64,000 nt of DNA from Escherichia phage arall. This document shows positions 47,241-51,900 of the stretch, in pieces. Both the position numbers and the translations under genes were made by a program. The first letter of the stretch is position 1; each line of letters opens with the position of its first letter. A model generated the notes under the pieces. It searched no databases. It was not told the origin of the DNA and saw only the letters and a list, made by a program, of their open reading frames with translations. Location: sequence record MN850584.1. The stretch is one strand, 5' to 3'.

Positions 47241-47346
47241 GCCTAGTAGGGTATTTGGTAATTCCGAGGCCATCAAAGCCTGAAAAATATGTTAGACCGC
47301 TTTGTCTAACTAAATACGAAATATGGTTCGATTCCATAACTAGGCT
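47241..47346 (+). other. atypical over-long tRNA-like gene (106 nt)
   Basis: perfect 7-bp acceptor GCCTAGT/ACTAGGC and canonical T-arm TATGG-TTCGATT-CCATA, but about 30 nt too much between them, including a 7-bp hairpin GTTAGAC-CGCTTT-GTCTAAC. Confidence 0.35.
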
Positions 47347-47379
47347 TCAATTTAAATAGTAATTTTAGTAAAAAATATC

Positions 47380-47408
47380 TTGACATTTACTTAGTTTTTT
47401 GTTATAGT
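47380..47408 (+). promoter_or_regulatory. sigma70 consensus promoter (TTGACA-N17-TATAGT)
   Basis: near-consensus hexamers ending 12 nt upstream of tRNA-like gene at 47420. Confidence 0.55.
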
Positions 47409-47419
47409 CGTTATGAAAA

Positions 47420-47501
47420 CGGGGTGTATCTCACCTGACTTCTAATCAGGCGTTAACCGAGTAATTGGAGTATGCAGGTTCGAATCCTGTCACCCCGGCC
47501 A
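47420..47501 (+). other. atypical tRNA-like gene with anticodon hairpin TCT (Arg-type) and no recognisable D-arm
   Basis: perfect acceptor CGGGGTG/CACCCCG + CCA, T-arm GCAGG-TTCGAAT-CCTGT, anticodon arm CCTGA-CTTCTAA-TCAGG; only 7 nt (TATCTCA) where D-arm should be; 23-nt variable region with GNRA-capped stem. Confidence 0.4.
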
Positions 47502-47519
47502 AAAAGTTTTAAAAACTAC

Positions 47520-47549
47520 TTGACAAGCAAGATAGTTTTATGTTAGATT
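47520..47549 (+). promoter_or_regulatory. sigma70-like promoter (TTGACA-N17/18-TTAGAT)
   Basis: hexamers upstream of tRNA-Ser. Confidence 0.4.
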
Positions 47550-47564
47550 TAAAGTATGATAACT

Positions 47565-47654
47565 GGAAGGTAGGGCGCAGCGGTGCGCAACCAGGTTTGA
47601 ACCCTGGCCCATTGTAGCGATACGGTGATGGTTCGACTCCATTATCTTCCTCCA
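47565..47654 (+). tRNA. tRNA-Ser (anticodon TGA)
   Basis: acceptor GGAAGGT/ATCTTCC, anticodon arm CCAGG-TTTGAAC-CCTGG, long variable arm, T-loop TTCGACT, CCA. Confidence 0.7.
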
Positions 47655-47660
47655 AATTCA

Positions 47661-47825
47661 ATGAGTGATTTTATGAATTATAAAACTATTGGACAGGTTG
47701 TTACCGGAGTTAAGATTGTAAATAATAAAGTTGTTTATGAGTATTCTAATCTTCAACAATCTGAAGATGGTAAGAATATTCGTATGGTAAAAGCAGAACA
47801 AAAAGATTCCGGTTGTTTTGAATAA
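47661..47825 (+). CDS. small hypothetical protein inside tRNA cluster
   Basis: ORF track 47625..47825 trimmed to first ATG after tRNA-Ser 3' end; no clear RBS. Confidence 0.3.
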   Translation: MSDFMNYKTIGQVVTGVKIVNNKVVYEYSNLQQSEDGKNIRMVKAEQKDSGCFE

Positions 47826-47833
47826 TTAAGAAC

Positions 47834-47919
47834 GGTAGATTGGTGAAATGGTAGCCACAACAGTTTGCTAAACTGTCGTCGGAAACGGCGTGTAGGTTCA
47901 AGTCCTACATCTACCGCCA
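47834..47919 (+). tRNA. tRNA-Ser (anticodon GCT)
   Basis: acceptor GGTAGAT/ATCTACC, anticodon loop TTGCTAA, long variable arm, T-loop TTCAAGT, CCA. Confidence 0.7.
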
Positions 47920-48054
47920 AGTTATCTTTAATGTAGCTTGTAATCTTACTTTAGCAGAGTAAATCTTCGGCAAGTGGCGGTAACCACTTTACCGATACCC
48001 CAATACTTCATAGCTAAGTGCCGCAAACACTGGCTATTTTAAAGATAATTTTAT

Positions 48055-48129
48055 ACATCGTTAGCCAAGCGGTAAGGCACTTGACTTTTAATCAAGGGAG
48101 CGAAGGTTCGAATCCTTCACGATGTACCA
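48055..48129 (+). tRNA. tRNA-Lys (anticodon TTT)
   Basis: acceptor ACATCGT/ACGATGT, D-arm GCC-AAGCGGTAA-GGC, anticodon loop CTTTTAA, T-loop TTCGAAT, CCA. Confidence 0.75.
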
Positions 48130-48134
48130 AACAC

Positions 48135-48221
48135 GTAGGTATCGCATAGCGGCAATTGCTGGAGACTGTAAATCTCCTGCCCTTCTGGGCTTCGTTGGTT
48201 CGAGTCCAACTACCTGCACCA
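48135..48221 (+). tRNA. tRNA-Tyr (anticodon GTA)
   Basis: acceptor GTAGGTA/TACCTGC (U2.G71), anticodon arm GGAGA-CTGTAAA-TCTCC, long variable arm, T-loop TTCGAGT, CCA. Confidence 0.7.
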
Positions 48222-48228
48222 AATTAAA

Positions 48229-48313
48229 GATGGATTGGCCTAGTGGTTGGGCGACGGACTGTTAATCCGTGAACGAAAGTTCTAGCAAGGTTCAAATCCT
48301 TGATCCATCGCCA
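48229..48313 (+). tRNA. class-II (long variable arm) tRNA with anticodon GTT (Asn codons) in a Ser/Tyr-like body
   Basis: acceptor GATGGAT/ATCCATC, 3-bp D-stem GCC/GGC, anticodon arm ACGGA-CTGTTAA-TCCGT, 15-nt variable arm GAACGAAAGTTCTAG, T-loop TTCAAAT, CCA. Confidence 0.5.
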
Positions 48314-48320
48314 GAATTAT

Positions 48321-48397
48321 GGACTTGTAGAGTTAAGGTAAAACCCCAGTCGCCAAGAGGCTTCTGGAATTGCAGGTATCGAATCCTGTCGAGTCCA
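48321..48397 (+). pseudogene. degenerate tRNA-like element (possible tRNA pseudogene)
   Basis: acceptor-like GGACTTG/CGAGTCC and T-arm-like GCAGG-TATCGAAT-CCTGT (8-nt loop); no D-arm or anticodon arm found. Confidence 0.3.
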
Positions 48398-48403
48398 AGT
48401 ATT

Positions 48404-48478
48404 GCTCCTATCGTATAACGGCTATTACGGTTGCCTTGTAAGCAACTTATCAGGGTTCGAGTCCTTGTGGGAGCACCA
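48404..48478 (+). tRNA. tRNA-Thr (anticodon TGT)
   Basis: acceptor GCTCCTA/TGGGAGC, anticodon arm GTTGC-CTTGTAA-GCAAC, T-loop TTCGAGT, CCA. Confidence 0.75.
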
Positions 48479-48495
48479 ATTTTAACTCTAAAGGA

Positions 48496-48825
48496 GTGTA
48501 TGTGACAGAAAAAGAGTTAGAGAAATATTTTAATATCAATGTTTTCGATGGTTTTGATGATATTGAAGATGTTGAAAGATATTATGAAGTAGAGTTAGAT
48601 AAGGATAACATTGTAATTCTTTCTGCCACTTATGATTGTGCATATTATGAAGGTGAATCTCACGTTTATTTTTATGATATGAAAACATCTTTGTTTTATG
48701 AAGTACACGCATATCATTGTTCTTGTTATGGTTTAGAAGGTCAGTGGGAACCTGAAGAAATAGGTGATTTGGATTTTACTATTGCATATCTAAACAGACG
48801 TGGTGCATCTACTATTTTAAAATAA
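48496..48825 (+). CDS. hypothetical acidic protein inside tRNA cluster
   Basis: 109 aa; GTG start at RBS AAGGAG (alternative GTG 48502). Confidence 0.5.
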   Translation: MYVTEKELEKYFNINVFDGFDDIEDVERYYEVELDKDNIVILSATYDCAYYEGESHVYFYDMKTSLFYEVHAYHCSCYGLEGQWEPEEIGDLDFTIAYLNRRGASTILK

Positions 48826-48839
48826 ATATCAAAAGCCTC

Positions 48840-48869
48840 TTGACAAAGTGGCTAATAATATGTTAGAGT
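48840..48869 (+). promoter_or_regulatory. sigma70-like promoter (TTGACA-N18-TAGAGT)
   Basis: hexamers upstream of tRNA-Gly. Confidence 0.4.
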
Positions 48870-48880
48870 AATATTGTTAA

Positions 48881-48955
48881 GCGGGTATAGTGTTAATTGT
48901 AGCATATGAGGTTTCCACCCTCCAGGTGCAGGTTCAAGTCCTGTTACTCGCTCCA
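48881..48955 (+). tRNA. tRNA-Gly (anticodon TCC)
   Basis: acceptor GCGGGTA/TACTCGC, anticodon loop TTTCCAC, T-loop TTCAAGT, CCA. Confidence 0.65.
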
Positions 48956-49302
48956 AGATTATTTAAATGGAATCGCTAGAGAAAATTTCTCTTTTCGCTC
49001 ATGGTTTTCTCCTTCAAACTCTAGCGGTTCTTTTTAAGTGATTTTTAGTTTATTGGAGATTCACTGCCTTAGTATGAGCTAAAATCGAGGAGCCATCGAA
49101 CTGTCTGATTAATGATTTGCGAATCATTATAGTTTTAAGACCCCGGCAGTTTTATGGTGTACCTCTTGAATGTGAATGATGACGGGTTTATGGTTATCCT
49201 GGTCGTTAAATATCCAAAAACCTATGTTCCCCTTGATGGCTTGCGCAGGCAATGCCAATAAGTCCTGCATTTTCATTTAAAAGAGAATTTATAATGGAAA
49301 AA

Positions 49303-49380
49303 GATGAACTTAAGTATGCTAAGCCTCTGGCTTCTGCTGCACGAAAAGCAGTTCGTCACTTTGTGGTAACACTGAAGTAA
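49303..49380 (+). CDS. very small ORF (25 aa) in structured noncoding stretch
   Basis: ATG 9 nt after AAGAGAA; MEKDELKYAKPLASAARKAVRHFVVTLK; speculative. Confidence 0.2.
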   Translation, partial: DELKYAKPLASAARKAVRHFVVTLK

Positions 49381-49385
49381 TTTAT

Positions 49386-49460
49386 TGGAGATTAGCCTAG
49401 TGGGAAGGCAACGGCCTTTGAAGTCGTGATGACTAGGTTCGATTCCTAGATCTCCAGCCA
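49386..49460 (+). tRNA. tRNA-Gln (anticodon TTG)
   Basis: acceptor TGGAGAT/ATCTCCA (U1-A72), anticodon arm ACGGC-CTTTGAA-GTCGT, T-loop TTCGATT, CCA. Confidence 0.75.
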
Positions 49461-49467
49461 AGATTTA

Positions 49468-49543
49468 CAGTGCGTAGCGCAGTTGGTAGCGTGGGAGCTT
49501 TGGATGCTTCGGGTCGCAGGTTCGAGTCCTGCCGCACTGACCA
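49468..49543 (+). tRNA. tRNA-Pro (anticodon TGG)
   Basis: acceptor CAGTGCG/CGCACTG (C1-G72), anticodon loop TTTGGAT, T-loop TTCGAGT, CCA. Confidence 0.75.
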
Positions 49544-49548
49544 AATTT

Positions 49549-49623
49549 GCAGAGATAGCTGAGACGGATTAGTGCTACCCTGAAAAGGTAGAAAGGATGG
49601 ATCGTTACCATCTCTCTGCACCA
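49549..49623 (+). tRNA. tRNA-Phe (anticodon GAA), non-canonical T-loop ATCGTTA
   Basis: acceptor GCAGAGA/TCTCTGC, anticodon arm CTACC-CTGAAAA-GGTAG, T-stem GATGG/CCATC, CCA. Confidence 0.6.
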
Positions 49624-49700
49624 AATAACACCATCCAAGGAGTAGACTTGGTTAACTGTCAATAGCACATTGAGGCTTCTTACAGTGGTGTACTTATTAT

Positions 49701-49785
49701 GGCTAAGTGGTGGAATGGTATACACGATACGCTTAGAACGTATTGCCCCAAGGGATTGTGAGTTCGAGTCTCACCTTAGCTACCA
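49701..49785 (+). tRNA. tRNA-Leu (anticodon TAG)
   Basis: acceptor GGCTAAG/CTTAGCT, anticodon arm ATACG-CTTAGAA-CGTAT, long variable arm, T-loop TTCGAGT, CCA. Confidence 0.7.
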
Positions 49786-49800
49786 AATTATTACAGATTG

Positions 49801-49879
49801 TGCGGGATAGAGGAGTCTGGTCGTCCTCGCCAGTTTCATATGCTGGAGATCATCGGTTCAAATCCGATTCCCGCCTCCA
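49801..49879 (+). tRNA. tRNA-Met/Ile2 (anticodon CAT)
   Basis: acceptor TGCGGGA/TCCCGCC (1-72 mismatch), D-arm GAGG/CCTC, anticodon arm CCAGT-TTCATAT-GCTGG, T-loop TTCAAAT, CCA. Confidence 0.6.
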
Positions 49880-49956
49880 ATAAATACCTCCCTTCTGGTG
49901 TAATGATTAAATTGCATTGACACTTCAAGGAACTCATAGCCGGGTAGATTTAAAAG

Positions 49957-50020
49957 AGTATGGTACTCAATATGGCTCCAAACCATAGATCAAGGGGTTC
50001 GATTCCTCACCTTGCTGCCA
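49957..50020 (+). other. short (64 nt) tRNA-like gene with anticodon hairpin CCA (Trp-type), no D-arm
   Basis: anticodon arm TATGG-CTCCAAA-CCATA, T-arm AGGGG-TTCGATT-CCTCA, 3' CCTTGCT-G-CCA pairs with AGTATGG (6/7); only 7 nt (TACTCAA) in D-arm position. Confidence 0.35.
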
Positions 50021-50025
50021 ATTAT

Positions 50026-50101
50026 TGTGGTATCGTACAGATGGTTAGTACACTCGACCGATAATCGAGAAACAACGGTTCGACTCCGTTTACCACGACC
50101 A
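50026..50101 (+). tRNA. tRNA-Ile (anticodon GAT)
   Basis: acceptor TGTGGTA/TACCACG, D-arm GTAC/GTAC, anticodon arm CTCGA-CCGATAA-TCGAG (C33), T-loop TTCGACT, CCA. Confidence 0.65.
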
Positions 50102-50213
50102 AACTCCGTGCCAGCGGTGTCTTCGAAGAACAAGCCTAGTTCCTTCTGAGATGGAGGGGTGCGACTCCTTAACGCACATACCACTACTACTAAATACTTA
50201 TCAGGAGATATTA

Positions 50214-50482
50214 TGTATACTTTAAAAGTAATTCGCAAGTTTCCTCAAGAAGAGGAAGTAAGAATTTATAACACCGTACCCTTCGTAGTAAATGAAGAAG
50301 AATTCTTTTATTGCTTAGAAGATGAAGTAATTATTCAATATCATTGGGAAGGTTACGACAGACAAGATGGTGTTGTAGCTTCTGTGCTTGCTGGTGATAG
50401 AGTGTTATTCATTCACAAGACTGAATCAGCATATCTAATGAATGATAAAGGACAAACTGTTAAAGTAATTAACAGACTATAA
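50214..50482 (+). CDS. hypothetical protein
   Basis: ORF track 50159..50482 trimmed to ATG 50214 after AGGAG. Confidence 0.55.
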
Positions 50483-50494
50483 AGAATTTTATAA

Positions 50495-50520
50495 AAGCCT
50501 CCTTTTTGGAGGTTTTTATT
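50495..50520 (+). terminator. rho-independent terminator
   Basis: hairpin GCCTCC-TTTTT-GGAGGT followed by TTTTTATT. Confidence 0.65.
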
Positions 50521-50587
50521 ATCTATAAAATAAAGATCTTTACAAAACGTATAAAATATGTTATCCTTAAGTAAGGAGGTGCATATT

Positions 50588-50878
50588 ATGCCTAAATTGA
50601 AAAGAGGTCGAGGTAGACCTACAGCCGAAATGCAACAGATTTATGCTATGGATGCTGCACAGGCGCAAGTAAAAGAAATTTTTGCTGGTCGTTATTTAGA
50701 TGCTATGCGTTACATTGCAGATCTTGTTGTAGATGAAAAGGCTTCTGCTAATATTAAGTTGACTGCTTCTAAGATCATCAAAGAACAAGTAGAAGAATGG
50801 CTGGAAGAACATTATGAATCTATGGAAGAAGAAGATATTCTTCCAGAAAATTCTCCCCCTCAAAAAATCGTTATCTAA
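50588..50878 (+). CDS. hypothetical DNA-binding-like protein (KRGRGRP motif)
   Basis: ORF track 50558..50878 trimmed to ATG 50588 after GGAGGTG; AT-hook-like PKLKRGRGRPT. Confidence 0.5.
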   Translation: MPKLKRGRGRPTAEMQQIYAMDAAQAQVKEIFAGRYLDAMRYIADLVVDEKASANIKLTASKIIKEQVEEWLEEHYESMEEEDILPENSPPQKIVI

Positions 50879-50924
50879 TTCTCCTCTCTTGGGAACTTTG
50901 TTCCCCCTCTCCTTGTTAATTAAC

Positions 50925-50957
50925 ACCCCTCTCCGAAAGGTTAGGGGGTTTTTTATT
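50925..50957 (+). terminator. rho-independent terminator
   Basis: hairpin CCCCTCT...AGGGGG followed by TTTTTTATTTT. Confidence 0.55.
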
Positions 50958-51016
50958 TTATACCTATTGCTTTTATATGTGTTTTTATGATATGATTAAT
51001 ACAGGAGGACTATAAA

Positions 51017-51190
51017 ATGAGAAACTATGTAGCTAAACACGATTTTAATAGGGCTTCTTATCACAGAGATAAGAAGAACAGTTATTCGCGTAAATGGGAT
51101 CTGGAGGAAGAGTTAGACTATGATTACAGAAGAACAATGGAAGGAGATTTTGGAGAATGCACAACCGATGGTAGTGAAGAAGATAGTTAA
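51017..51190 (+). CDS. small hypothetical protein (57 aa)
   Basis: ATG after CAGGAGG; below track cut-off; alternative overlapping ORF at 51119. Confidence 0.3.
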   Translation: MRNYVAKHDFNRASYHRDKKNSYSRKWDLEEELDYDYRRTMEGDFGECTTDGSEEDS

Positions 51191-51225
51191 TAATTCACCA
51201 AATCTGCCTAAAGTAAAATTTAAAG

Positions 51226-51657
51226 ATGATGATACTGACTATGTTAATAAACCTACTGAAGAATAAATGGGTTAGGTATTTTGTTCTTATTATAGCACTG
51301 TTTGGTGGTTTGTATGTTGGTTTAAACAAATTACACGATGACGTGTATGCACAAGGCTACAACGCAGGTGTTGCTAAACAAGAACAAATATTACAACAAA
51401 ACCAAATTAAAGCAAAACAGCAATTCGATATCTTACAAGCAAAAGCAGATTCAGAAAGATCTAAATTGAATGAAAAAATTCATTCATTAACGAAAGAAAG
51501 AAATGATCTTCTTACACAACTGGATAAGAAGAGTAATAACATAACACAAGAGAGAATAGATTATGCGAAAACATCTTCTGGCGCTATGTCTTGTTTTAGC
51601 CCTAATGATGACGGGTTGCGCATCATCAACAACAGCTTCCCAGCCTCTACTGATTGA
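51226..51657 (+). CDS. i-spanin (Rz-like) candidate
   Basis: 143 aa; N-terminal TM WVRYFVLIIALFGGLYVGL then coiled-coil; overlapped by lipoprotein ORF. Confidence 0.55.
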   Translation: MMILTMLINLLKNKWVRYFVLIIALFGGLYVGLNKLHDDVYAQGYNAGVAKQEQILQQNQIKAKQQFDILQAKADSERSKLNEKIHSLTKERNDLLTQLDKKSNNITQERIDYAKTSSGAMSCFSPNDDGLRIINNSFPASTD

Positions 51658-51892
51658 GCAGTGTAAAGCTGTAGCAACACAACAAATAAAAGCCCCTGAT
51701 TCTGTCAGTATGGAAAAACCATCTACCCCTGTTTTATATACCCCTAATCAAATAAAGAAAGGAGTTACAAGATCAGAGGTAGTTGATAATCAAACTTTAA
51801 ACAACACTTTGTGGGAAAAAGATAGGATAAAACTTATCAGTTTACAAAACTATATTAAAACATTACAAAGCGAAGGAATAATTTCTAATTAG
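51563..51892 (+). CDS. o-spanin (Rz1-like) lipoprotein candidate
   Basis: 109 aa; signal/lipobox-like LALMMTGC; starts inside Rz-like ORF in another frame. Confidence 0.5.
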   Translation: MRKHLLALCLVLALMMTGCASSTTASQPLLIEQCKAVATQQIKAPDSVSMEKPSTPVLYTPNQIKKGVTRSEVVDNQTLNNTLWEKDRIKLISLQNYIKTLQSEGIISN

Positions 51893-51900
51893 GAGGAGAT

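Noticed and set aside
47035-47337. Minus-strand 100-aa ORF from the six-frame track
   Set aside because: It lies entirely across plus-strand tRNA genes (tRNA-Met, tRNA-Leu and the tRNA-like element); no RBS; an artefact of structured RNA sequence.
50102-50200. Possible additional tRNA after tRNA-Ile (T-arm-like GGAGG-GGTGCGA-CTCCT)
   Set aside because: No complementary acceptor strand, no anticodon arm and no CCA in a compatible register; more likely part of the 5' leader of the gene at 50214.
49273-50238. Minus-strand ORFs 49273..49461, 49433..49624, 49465..49725 and 49990..50238
   Set aside because: All overlap plus-strand tRNA genes (Gln, Pro, Phe, Leu, Ile); their translations are low-complexity and typical of antisense tRNA reading frames.
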